From Psilocybe cubensis (Eukaryota), in the NCBI GenBank assembly GCA_017499595.2, contig CM039005.1:3038001-3102000 (forward strand): a DNA stretch of 64,000 bases, in the 5' to 3' direction. Within the stretch, counting starts at the first letter, position 1; the number at the start of each line of letters is the position of its first letter. Below the pieces are notes generated by a model. The model was not told where the DNA came from. It did not search any database and worked only from the letters and a program-made list of their open reading frames with translations. Shown piece after piece: positions 39,278 through 50,795 of this stretch. A program made the position numbers and the translations under genes.

Positions 39278-40612
39278 ATGGCATTTGTGCAGACATTTAT
39301 CAAGCATGTACTTCGGTACTTTGATCCCGACGATGGATTGAACACAAAAACTCAAAATATTGATGACTATATTCGAGGTATCTCTCTTAATCTATCCGTG
39401 TTTCTATACTATACTTAAAAATCTACTCAGAAACTGTATCTCAGCACATTCAACAATCGCTTGGAACACCAAGGCCAAAAGACTTTCAAGGTTATTTGCT
39501 TCAAAGTTTAAGCGCCCAAATCTAATAGTGAGCATCTCAAAACAGGTCTCCCAAAGGACAAACAGATTCTATACGTGAAAAATGAACAAGGAGACTTTGT
39601 ACCAGTCTCTTCTATAGCGGATGCATCTTCTAGGAAACTTGAGACTTCTGTGGCGACTTCAAAAGAATCTGGCAACAATTCTACATCGACTGTTGACTGG
39701 GATGGCTGGCCTAATGGGAATTTTGAACGTGATTTCACTTTCTCTGAGATTAAAAAGACCTCAAATCTGCGATGGCACTGGGCGTCTATTACTAGTGGTG
39801 ACCGCAAAGGTGATATAAACGCAGCATGCTGGGAAGACGGAAAACTATCTCATCGATTCTGCTTGGGAGTTATCAAGTGTGATAACCCTACATGTTTGCT
39901 TGTTGTTCGCCCCCACACCCGCCTAGAAATACGCAATAAGCAGAAATTACAGCAATGTGATTGTGGTGGGTCTCGTATCTACTTTCCATGCGACGCCAGT
40001 GCCACTCTTTATAAATGGGCCGGAGGTGTTCACTATGTGAATCAAGGTCATCATACCCATATTCGGCCAACCCAGCTCAAGCACGCCTTTCCTCATGAAA
40101 TGGAGAAGTTTAAATCGATTATAAACGCGAATCCAAAGGTGCGACCCACTCAGCTAATTGCTGGTGTTCCTACCCTCAAAGGCCCAGGTGAATCGGTTGC
40201 TGATATTTCGAGCGTGTTTCTTAATGCACATCGAGTCGGTAAAGAACGCAACAAGATCACTAAATCAAATCTGAAGGGTGCCGATGCCGTTGTTGCTGCC
40301 TTTGAGCAATTTTCGAAGGACAATCCTGATCTTGTTCTACATTCAACTCTGGCCCCTACTGTTTTCTCGATTCAATCGCCATTCATGCGTTCCCAGCTTG
40401 TCAAAAACATAGAAATCGATGGACCTATAAATGGACTTGTCAACGATGCTGCACATGGCTTTTGGAAGGAACGCACCTCTGTTCTCATTGTATCATCAAC
40501 ATACTGCGAGGTTCTAAACTGCTGGGTCCCTGGAATTATGTCATATAGCAGCGGAGTATCTGGCGACCATTTTACATATCACTTTTATGCTTTGCTTCGC
40601 AGCCAGCCTTAG
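39278..40612 (+). pseudogene. GCM-domain DNA transposase-like gene, 3'-truncated
   Basis: ORF 39575-40612 has the GCM-type Zn motif CLGVIKC-x4-C..VRP..KQ..CDC..FPC..QGHHTHIRP, then VNDAAHGFW (candidate first catalytic Asp). It stops abruptly at HFYALLRSQP*, where the KDZ terminal region begins. Confidence 0.65.
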
Positions 40613-40776
40613 CTGCTACTTGAAACCTTCATACCCTGGCAGTTGCCAGGTGTATGGTATATATCTACGGAGGCAACTGCCAGGTGCCACATTTGATGTG
40701 TTCACCTGTGCGGCACGCGGTTAGCCAGGGGTATGAACAATACGACCAAACAAAACGTCAACAACAGCGAGCGGGG

Positions 40777-41460
40777 CCCCCGCGGGCGCGAAAAATGCGT
40801 TGCTCATCGTCCGGGCGGCCGATTTTGGCGGGAAAAAATTCGTCGGGACCGCCTCGACGAGCAGATTGCGTCGGCGTCGTTTGCGCGCGGGTACGGGCAC
40901 TGGGCGGGATGGATTGGGCGGGTCGACTCTGGATGACGCCCAGCATTAATTCTGCGCGCCTTCCGTTTTAGGTACAGGGGTTGTCACGGATGTATTAGTT
41001 ACACGCGTGCAAATTCATGGGCCGATCCAGGCCAATCCTTCATTGATGGGAATGATGATCAAAATGATCATCATGCCGCGTCGCGCGCGTCACGCACCGA
41101 TACCGTTGGACGCAGCCTGCACGCCCCCGCGCCTTCAAAACCAGGGGTTGCTCGTCGTCTGGTCGGCGAATTTTGGCGGGACAAAATGCGTCGGGATCGC
41201 CGCGACGAGCAGATTACGATGCCGTCGTTTGCGCCTTGGTACGGGTAGGGGGCGGGATGGATTGGGCGGGTCGACTCTGGATGACGTTTGCATTACTTGT
41301 GCGCACCTTCCGGATTAAATCGACGGATCATAGACGGATGCACTATAATTAGATACACCCGTGGCGCACACGGGTCCGTTCATCCGATCAACACTGATGG
41401 GAATGATGCGTGAAAATACTCGCCACGCAGCAGCCCCTAGCAGCCCCCGCGCGCTTCTGC
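40777..41460. repeat. GC/CpG-rich subterminal direct repeats, ~348-bp period (2 copies plus start of a third)
   Basis: Identical 37-mer GGGCGGGATGGATTGGGCGGGTCGACTCTGGATGACG at 40902 and 41250; TGATGGGAATGATG at ~41044 and ~41396. Confidence 0.85.
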
Positions 41461-41739
41461 ATCTGCCCCGCCGCCTTCAGTATGGACGGTTGCTTGCTTT
41501 CTGGAGTGTATTTCTTCAGCCTGTGGAAGCGCTCAGTGGCAGATTTGAATGTCATGCATGTGGGTGGAACGCCTTATCACGGGGCCTATTCAATGTTGAC
41601 CATGCCAGCCAGACCGTCGTAGACTAGCTTCGGCACCGGATAGATTGATTCCCGGTACACCTTAGAAAAAAACGCCAATATATGAGGGATTGGTATCAGT
41701 TAGGGTATCAGTAGATTTTGTTTAAAATCAAATCAAACA

Positions 41740-44700
41740 TTAATCTAATTCTTCTATTTCATCTAACTCAGTATTGTCTAGATAAACAACTTCCCCATTC
41801 ATTGATACCTTCACAGCTTCATCCTCCTCCTCATCTCCCACAACTGTCACATCATCCACAATCGTGTCGTCATCGCCGTCATCATCGCCATCCTCCTCGT
41901 CAACGATAGGGCCACGTGAATTGGCGGTAGTGCCATCGGAAGTTGAAGTTCCTTCAGCAGCGGTAGGAACCTGCAAACTTGTCCTCCATAACGTGCTGAA
42001 GTGGTCAGCAAGAGAGTCTTGGAGGGCAGCCTGTGACAATGCATACGCTGAGATGGCCTCTAGTACATCTTTCTTCCCGGTAGAAATTGCCTTTATTCGC
42101 TGCCTCTACCAATTTGCTTTCCATCGGAGATAAACAAGAACTCGCCTCATCTCCTCCTTAAGCAAAAGGACTTCTTCTCTGGCACGTTGCATTCTGGCTC
42201 GACTCTTGGACCACTCTACCCGGAGAATGTCAGCGCGATCTTCGTCTGGGGCCGCTGAAGTGCCGTCGGCTCCGATCATTTCAGCTGCGCTGGAAGATGT
42301 GGGCGTTACAACCGTCCAAATCCAAGAAAGTGTTCGTCGAGTCTGTCCGCTACCTTGATGGAGTGTCCGCTCTTCGTTGAACAAGAAAAGATCTCCCTCC
42401 TCTGTGGGCGCATTTTCTCCTGCTGCGACCTGCTCGTCTTCTAGGGTTCCTCGTCGACCTACTCGAGGGCGTAGACGATCGGGGTCTTGATAGCTACGGA
42501 TATCCTTGTCGTCAAGTTTACGAAACGTCTTCTCCCAGTCTCCGGGGCCAGCCAGAGCTAGATGTGCTTCCCGCCCCTTCCGATATTTGTCGGCAGCAAA
42601 TCTTGCGCGCTCGTGAACGCGATCAATCACTGCCGTTGATCGAGTGCCTCCGCGTTGACCCCGGATATTCTTGTTCTTGAAGGCAATCATTCGCGCCTTG
42701 ACCTTCAAAATTTGACGTATGGCGTTCAGAGAATCAGTAAGTTGGGCTTCTCTCAGTTGTCGTTCAATATTAGGCAAGTTGTGCGCACTAATTTCACTGC
42801 GATGCGGCTCAGGGATTGTAGATGGCAGCCAGAGTTGTAAATCTTCAGCATGTGTGGACGCCTCATGGATGGGGTGGTCGGCTTTATACTGGATAATTCC
42901 AGGCATATAAATTGGCAGGAGCTGCTCCCATGCCCGTATACGCGTTGTGAGAGCATTTCGCTGCTCTGTCAGGTTCCCGGCTTGTCGAATAGTGGAATCC
43001 TCCCCTGTATTTTTTGCCAGGCGTCGAAGCCGATGTCTATTTCATGAATTCAGTTTGATTACAAGAACAATTGCGCCAAAAGACTTACTGAGTTTCTTCA
43101 AGATCTAAGCCCATACTGACAAACACAGATGGGGTGGTTCTATGTGGCATTGTTCCACCAGATGCCAGAAAGGCAGCTTCAGAATCTGCCAATAGTTTCT
43201 TGACATGGGCCTCTGTGATGCCTATGCCCAACCATGTTAAGTTAACTACTATACAAATGTGTAAAAACATACTGGTGTCTTTCATCTCATAGGGGTTTTT
43301 CTTCTTCTTCGGAAACACATCTGATTCCCACTCGGCGCACATCTTCTCCCAGCGCTCTATCAGATTAGGATTTGCCTTTTTTATCGATTCCGACAGACCC
43401 TCGTGCCCCTCCGTCTGGATATTGCGCTGGGCAATCGCGTCCCTGTACCTACGGAGCAATGTAGTGCCCATAGATGTGTATTTTTGCCAGTTCCAGAACC
43501 CGAAGTGGTCGTCGAGCGTGTCCTGGCGTGAACCCGGGCCTTGAGTTTTCGTAGCGTTTGCAAGAGAATTGTGGGGCGCCCATACTCGCTCCGGGCACTC
43601 GCCATCGGTTTGCCCAACCCCAGGAATGAAGTTTAGTGAGTACATTTGATGGTTGGTCTGGTTGTGCATCGGTTCATGCAGCTTTGGAATCACTGGAATG
43701 AGTGTGATGTTGGCGGGGGGTTGAATGTGTTGGGGCCAATCAGATTGCATCCGCCGTAGAAGGTTGATGAACCATTGACAAGCGATGTCATAGCTCACCA
43801 ACACAAGGCGAACGGCAACCAGGCGGAGAAACCACGCAAATATGTAGTCCATATTTGCATATCTTTATGAAAAAATTAACATTGAGATGCTGGAATGTGT
43901 AGATGCTCGCACCGTTCTCCCTTGTGCATATTTCCGACAGTCATGATCATTTCTGATCTCCCGCATACTGTCATACCAAGGCCCGTGTATCGAAGTCCAA
44001 CAGAGAACTTCGTATTGGCTTTCGCCAGCGCCTGAAACCCCACGCATGTGCTTATCTACAGAATCTTTAGATCAAGGCGCAGTGAAATTTGCAAACAATA
44101 CGTACATCTTTATCGGTGGCGCGACTGGCCACATACTGTTCATATCTATGCCTAGGCAGCATGTATGCCATTCCAATTCCTAGGCCCGGATCCTGAGAAT
44201 AGTTTGACACGAGTTGATTTTTAAGTCGAAAGTTTGCATCCATGCAGACAATAAGCATGTACAAAAACCTGTCTAATTATCAGCAACATTATAAGATCAT
44301 TCACAGAACAAACAAACTTTCTATCATCCGGCGCGCTTTCCCAATCGTCGGGAAGATTGATTTCGGGATGAGGACATGATGGACACTTGATGGCGAGTTC
44401 TCCATCAGCAGTGCCTGCTGCACCTGAAGGGTCATGCCCTCTACCTGCCCACTTCAGCATCTGCAGATGTCTCCACTGCAGCACCATTTGAAAGAGAGCA
44501 CGATAGCGAGATGGCGGAGTATTCATGCCGGTATTTGTGGTCATTTTCTCGAGGCACCTGTAAAAGTCATACGTAGATGCCTTTGTTGTCAAGGCAAGCT
44601 TGTGAAGAAGCGTTAGCAACTCGAAGCTTGCGCATGTCTTGATGGTGATCTGGGATGCAGGGTATAACCCTCGCCGTAGAAGTTGAAGGTGGTGCGGAAT

Positions 44701-45524
44701 GGCTCGCGAACAGTTGCAATACTGAACGTCGACAGAGTGTATGCCGTTGGTGTGAAGTATCAGCATTTTCGAGTGACTTGGGACGGGATTTTCGCAATAG
44801 CCGCTCGCGTGATTCAACTGCACCTTGGCTCCTAAAGAGCGAAGGGACACTGAGACAAAGTACAACTCATTCCACCCCTTGAGATTGGGTTAGAATTGCG
44901 CCAGATCCAAACATTTTAACATACCTCAATTCGATGAAAAGGGTGCTGCTTATGCCGCCGCACGCAACAGCTTTGACACACCAAGTCCGGTGTGAAACAT
45001 TCCTGGCAGCGATACTCTGCAGGTCTAGGGGGATGAGCGGATCTAATCTTGCAATCCGGGCACTCTGTAGTATGCCAAAAATCCCCGCGACCAGCCCATC
45101 GAAGGATTTCTTCCAGGTAGCACTGACGATGCAGCTCCTTCCATACTTTGTGAGGCCGTTTCTAATATTGGGTCAATAAAAACAAAAAAAAGAACCACGC
45201 CAATCTCACCGATACGGCACTCCTTGTCCTTTTGGGTAGTGGGTCCTCCGTCACAATATCTGCCTCAACCTCTGTATCATGAAGCTCGCCCGTAGGATTC
45301 AGTGCAAATTCGTCGTCATCTGGCGGCGACCAGTCCGTTATTTGGTCCCAGGACCTAGCCGCGCGGACAGGAGACACGTCCACCCTTCGTGTTGCGCGTT
45401 CAGCACCGCCTACATTTCGAACAGCGACCTCGCTGGCCTGTATCAGTTCGAATCCATCGGCCGAAGGAATGATGTCGTGGTAGTAAGACCCCACGCGACG
45501 GCGCTTATTTTTAACAGACGCCAT
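41740..45524 (-). CDS. KDZ transposase with CxC2 cysteine cluster, multi-exon; one premature stop (TAG at 42106-42108)
   Basis: CxC2: CQECF..CQSCCVRRHKQHPFHRIE/W..QLNH..HTNGIH..YCNC..QLLRRGLYPAS; KDZ core: DANFRLK, GERYANMDY, SYDIACQW, IPKLH, GQTDGECPERVW, DTLDDH, RVEWSKSRAR..EEMRR. LRWKANW*RQR continues in frame into AYA..QA..LA..F..W. Confidence 0.92.
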
Positions 45525-45740
45525 GAATGATTGTGGAGGGTCCCTGTAGTGTTCAAAAGGTTAATTTGGACCCTGGTCAATGGTCTGTTGATTAGATTCC
45601 CGTGATCACAGCGTGGGAACTTTTTGGACTTGGTAAACACTCATCGTCCTGACTCTGACCCATTTATCTCGCTTATTCGCTTAGATCAAACTGAGGTGCG
45701 CCCCTATCGTCCGTTTCAACCCCTTTTTCTTTGGCTGCAA

Positions 45741-45857
45741 AGACACAGGAACGTTCAGGCATGGACATACACTGTGTCTCGTATGCCCTACTTGTGTATT
45801 CTTGCGTGCAGAGACACAGGAACGTTCAGGCATGGACATACACTGTGCCTCGTATGC
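45741..45857. promoter_or_regulatory. Tandem 46-bp repeat in the divergent transposase/TET promoter
   Basis: AGACACAGGAACGTTCAGGCATGGACATACACTGTG(T/C)CTCGTATGC at 45741-45786 and 45812-45857 (1 mismatch); regulatory role is inferred. Confidence 0.6.
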
Positions 45858-45936
45858 TTGATATCTTTACAGCTTAATATGATTTTTTATTTTCATTCCT
45901 CATACTAACTACACCTCCTCTACTCACTAGGTTATT

Positions 45937-47380
45937 ATGGTGGCTCTTCAGGCGCTGTTTGACCTGCCTACTCGCCTTTTAAACGCGTTTATTTTGCAAG
46001 AGGCCTCACAGGATGATAATTTGGACGATGAAGAAGTTGAGTTACCTACACCAGCCCTCAAAACGTCGAAGGCGACAGATTACAACGACATTGTCGTGGA
46101 CATCACTGAAGAACAACCTGGTGACGACCATCGCAAAGCAAGGCGCAACCTAGCAGCCAAAAACAGGCGTAAAAAGAGACGTGCGGAGGCTAAACAAGGA
46201 CCTCTCGCGTATCATAATCCACGAGAGCATCCGCGGCACAAATCGGGCTCGAAGGCGCAATACGTCGATTTTAACACAGGCGACATTCCAGTGGTTCAAA
46301 CTGGATACACCGCTTTGGATCGGGGCCTTGGAAGCCGTCGGGTGTACAAGCTTGCTGAGTTGGTAGGGGAAAAGTCGAAGTTCAAATTCACGTTGGTTAA
46401 GGCTCAATCGTACGCCCACTTACTTTTATCTTTGGAACTTGAACTGAAAAACATGAACCTCAGGGCGTCTATTCCAATTATTGACTCAGAAAATCACATC
46501 ATCGGCGTCATCGCAAACCACCCGAAGGATGAATCCTGGGCCGAGCTTCAAAAACAAGCGGCAGATGCTCTAGAAAGGAACAGATCTGGCTGCCATGTTC
46601 CTCCCAAAGAACGTACACACCGACGAGGAAAGTTCACGACACTGCGCGCTGGGGTATCTCACGGAGGGGGCCAACGCGCACCTGGTAATCTGAAGAATCA
46701 GAAAGGAAATGCGAAGATACTTGAAGAACTCAATAGTCTCGAGCCTTTCAAACGATTTGCGGGCTTTGCTTCATGTAAGTAACTCAGTATATTTGATTAT
46801 GCGTGTTTATTTTCTGATACGGATCCCAGCTGTTATGCATACATGGTTCAAGGATCTGTACAATTATTACGCCTCGACGCTCGACAAGCTTCATACCGAG
46901 TACCCACTTCTTCAGCGAATTTTTCCTCAGAGTATATTCAGCGCCGTATCTTACAACCTCGGACCATGTACCGCATGCTTTCCTCATAAGGACTTTGCCA
47001 ACCTCGCCTTTGGAATGTGCGCGATCACCGCTTTAGGAGACTTTGACCACACCAAGGGCGGTCATTTGATACTCTGGGAGCTCAAACTGGTCATAGAGTT
47101 CCCGGCTGGGTGTACCATCTTGATTCCGTCGGCCTTGCTTACCCATTCCAACGTACCCGTCTCAAAACATGAACGTCGATATTCCTTTGCACAATATACT
47201 GCTGGCGGGATTTTCAGATGGGTGGAGAACGGCTTCAAATCGCGAGAAGAATATCTGTCAACATTGTCGAAGGCCCAACTTGAAGAGGATGTTGAGAAGA
47301 ATACGAACAGATGGAAATTTGGGCTGTCATTACTGTCGGATGTACTGAAAAACAATCATATGAACGAGGGAGTACTGTAA
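45937..47380 (+). CDS. TET/JBP-family 2OG-Fe(II) dioxygenase (fungal CcTet-like), 3 exons
   Basis: RRGKF..GVSHGGGQ..PGN; HKD (HxD); GMCAITALGDFDHTKGGHLILWELKLVIEFPAG; THSN (distal His); RRYSFAQYTAGGIFRW (2OG-binding Arg). Introns ~46410-46463 and ~46775-46829; no lesions seen. Confidence 0.92.
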
Positions 47381-47948
47381 TAGGACTCTTAACATACAAT
47401 ATGAATGTCGTATAAATGTTACATACATGTATTATTGTTGCATAGGATCATTTGTACTCGCAGCGTTAGTTATATGTCTTGATGGATCCTCTTTGGTGAT
47501 CTCGGAGACGCAAATTTGAGAGTATTTTCAACTTTCTGAGCTCAATTTTCAACCAGGAGTGATAAAATTTGCATCATCTTGATCGCATTTTCATAACAAA
47601 CAAATAAGTAATGCTTTTAAGTGGAGCCACTTGATATGTGCAAAGGTGATCTCTGTGGACCATTTTACAGAATCTCTGGAAAACGACATCGACCTTTCGG
47701 GCTCAAAGCACACCTTTGAATCTGATTTTTTTTTTTTCTTTCGAAAATCGACACATTACTATTTTACATTATTTGTGGTCATCTTAAATAGCGTGGTTGA
47801 TCATCAGAATAAGTAGCTGTTGAATATTTTAGAATGCTGGACTCTCATCTCTCGCGCATAAAGGCAAATATAAAGACGCCGATGAGCTCTATTTTAGGAT
47901 ATCGGTAGAAATAAGCAACTTGACCACTAATTGTACAGAAATAGTGCC

Positions 47949-48508
47949 ATGGCAAGACGTGCTGCCTCCAAAGCTTTCAAACATATCAATCGTCCCTTGT
48001 ATTTAAGGCGTCGACAAGCATACTATGAGGCGTAAGTATTTCAATACTTATTCAACGCGAGTACGACTGCATGTTGATGTACGATACTTCAGATATCGAG
48101 ATGTCGAAAAGCGCAAGTCAGCAGAACGATCGCGTAGGTGAGTAGAACTAGTGCTAAATTTACAAACTTAGAAATTGACATTGTTCTAGGCGTAAAAATT
48201 TGCCTGAAGATGAGCTCGCCGCTGCTCGACAGAAGCATAGAGAAGCACAGGCTCGTTACAGGGCCAAAAACCGCACACTTCTCAATGCAAAAGCAAAAAT
48301 ATATTACAGGTATTTTATTTCTTAACAAGACTGTCCTACAAATACTAATCTATGCAACAGACGACGTAAACTTAAAGCTGAAAAGGCGCAAAGGGGGGAG
48401 GAGAGTGAAGAAGAGCTCGACGACGAAGCAGAATGGATCCGATTGAGTGCCATGGCCGAAGAGATTTCAGAGGAGGAATGGCTCCGCAGGCACGGAAGGC
48501 CATTATGA
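47949..48508 (+). CDS. Small basic alpha-helical protein (131 aa, 4 exons), not in the ORF track
   Basis: Exons 47949-48031, 48093-48137, 48190-48309 and 48361-48508 with canonical GT-AG give MARRAASK..RQKHREAQARYRAKNRTLLNAKAKIYYRRRKLK..EESEEELDDEAEW..RPL*. Confidence 0.7.
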
Positions 48509-48833
48509 CGTGGCTCCGCAGGTACAGATGGCCATTTGGACGCCTGTTGAGAGCTTTCCGAGCTTATTGAATGCTATTTCTTGTTACCACGCGGTATAGA
48601 TGTGTAAATACAGTAATTATGCCCTTAGACCAGCTCAGACCACATGTTTTTCTGTTGTTGTTCACTCAATTTGGCAGGGTAAACTTCTAGAAAGTTATGG
48701 TGCATGTTGCCTGTGATTAATCTTATCATGCAATTGGAATTTTGTTGCAACCCAAGCGCAAAAAACAGAACCACAAGTCAATTTCAACCACAGGGCGGTA
48801 CAGAACAACACATGTAATCTACATATTTTGTAC

Positions 48834-50645
48834 CTACTGAGTTCCAGACCCAGGCTCACCCGACCTGTCCAAGCCATTGCCCAAGACTTTGCCATCTCCA
48901 GAAGTGTCCATGATGACTGAAGACTCAGTATCCGCTGGCTGACTCTGTGAAGAAGAGCCTGCACCTGTGTTTAGAGATAAGCAAGAGAACAAGCTAAGAA
49001 AAAGTAAAAAATACCTGTGTTTTCAGTTCCATGCCCATTTGCCCCAGTCGAGGATGATGAGGACGCCTCAGGTCTTCTCGGATACAATGCCACCATGTGC
49101 TGCCCAATTGCACGGAGAAGATTCCGTCGACGTTCATGCGCCTCGTCCGAAAGAGTTGGCCAATCAGCAGGGGTTGCCGCTGTAGCCCATTGATGACGTA
49201 TAACCTCTCCAAGACGATCGAAAAGAGCCTGGTCCTCCCTGGTGAAGCTCCAGCGACCCGAATAGAAGTCATCTTCACTGTAGGGGGGGTAAGGAGTTGC
49301 TGGACGCGAAGGAACTTGACCCCAGCCGGAACTTGTTGGTGCTGCCGAAGGACTTGAAGGCGTCGCGGATACCGGCGCATCAGACGGTGCGGAAGAAGTG
49401 GAGGGTGCATCAGATTGAAGTGGGGGAGGGTTTGACGAGCTTGATGCTACTGCAGCAGAATACGAGGGAGGAGCTCCTGTACCAAATACATCGTTGTCAT
49501 TGTTGCGAACGGGAGCTTTACCTTTGTTCTGACGAGACTTAATGACCGGGGCCTCGTCGTCCGAATCATCCCAAGATGGGGCCTTGCCTTCCGTAGTATG
49601 CTTCCGGGACTTAATGATCCTGAGCCTTTTGGAGGGCCGAACAGGACTACCAAGAGATCCACGAGCCCTGATGCGTGATGTAGAGCTGCGTGTCGGGCTG
49701 ACATATTGTCGTGACAGACGAATTGCACGAGCCGTGAGTGGAGAACCGAATCCAATAGGGATTGGATTCGGTTCTGTGCCAAACCGTGCAGTGGGATCCA
49801 ATACCTTTGCTGAACTTGAAGCTACTGCAGACCTCGAAGACTCCAATGATCGAGAGGCATTGGAACATGCAGGGCGTGTAGAGGCCAGAGATTCCGGGGC
49901 CTTGTTCGATGCAGAAGTGGCGGAATGGGCAGCAGATGCAGTGGGTGCAGTACGTCGTGGTGGATCTGAGCTGGGAGGAATAGCCGCCGATGATGAAGGA
50001 GCGGGCGCCAATGATGAAACCGTGGGAACTGGGGGCCGGACAGGCTGCACAATTCGGACATCGCCCGCATTAAACCGTTCCGTGTAGTAGGCAATAGCCT
50101 CTGCCCACGAAAAGAATTGCCGAACGGCATATCCAGGGACCAAAAACAAAATATTCATGTCGACTTGACTGTGTGTGTGAAGACAAATAATCAGATATTA
50201 AGAAGTAAAATAACCGTGTAAATACGTACTCTTCCCGATCAAAGATACCCACAATGTAGCCTACAGTAATAACCAGAAGTATCATAGCCGGCGACACAAG
50301 CTCCATGGGGCGGGGGACACGACTAGAGGAAAAATTCACCCCATAGAAAGGGAGGGCAGACAGATCCGTAGTGGCTGGCATGGAAGTTTGAGAGGCAGCG
50401 CTGACGGAGGTGGCAGAATCCATGTGGGTAGGTGCAGTAGGGACTACGGACGGTGCGGGAGGAGCTTGCTGCGCGGACGATGCGGGAGCAGGAGCTTGCT
50501 GCGACACAGAAGAGTTGGTCGAAGAAAGAGTGGATGGCTGAGAAGAGTCCGGCAAAGACGTTGGGTCGTTTGCAGGAGGTTGATCTCGAGAGCCACCCAT
50601 GGGTGGCTCTCGAGAGCTTGACGGCGAAGGTGGGGGAGGATCCAT
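48834..50645 (-). CDS. Low-complexity protein with an RNase H1 N-terminal (Cauli_VI-like hybrid-binding) domain, 3 exons
   Basis: Spliced LVITVGYIVGIFDRE/DQVDMNILFLVPGYAVRQFFSWAEAIAYY fits the YxVxxG..GI....G..+xF.SxxEA pattern; flanked by S/P/A-rich disordered sequence. Confidence 0.6.
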
Positions 50646-50795
50646 AGTGGGCCAGAAGTCCAAGCTTGGATCTTTTTAATGTTAAAATAATGTTCCAAAA
50701 ATTTTGCAATGTGGAAACTCGCGTATTTTCAAATTTAAAGCATGTGGTTGGGTGTCTACGACCCAGGCCGTGTCCACAAGGACGCCTTTGTGCGT

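Noticed and set aside
45741-45857. Repeat-spacer-repeat resembling a mini CRISPR array
   Set aside because: Only two copies, eukaryotic context and no cas genes.
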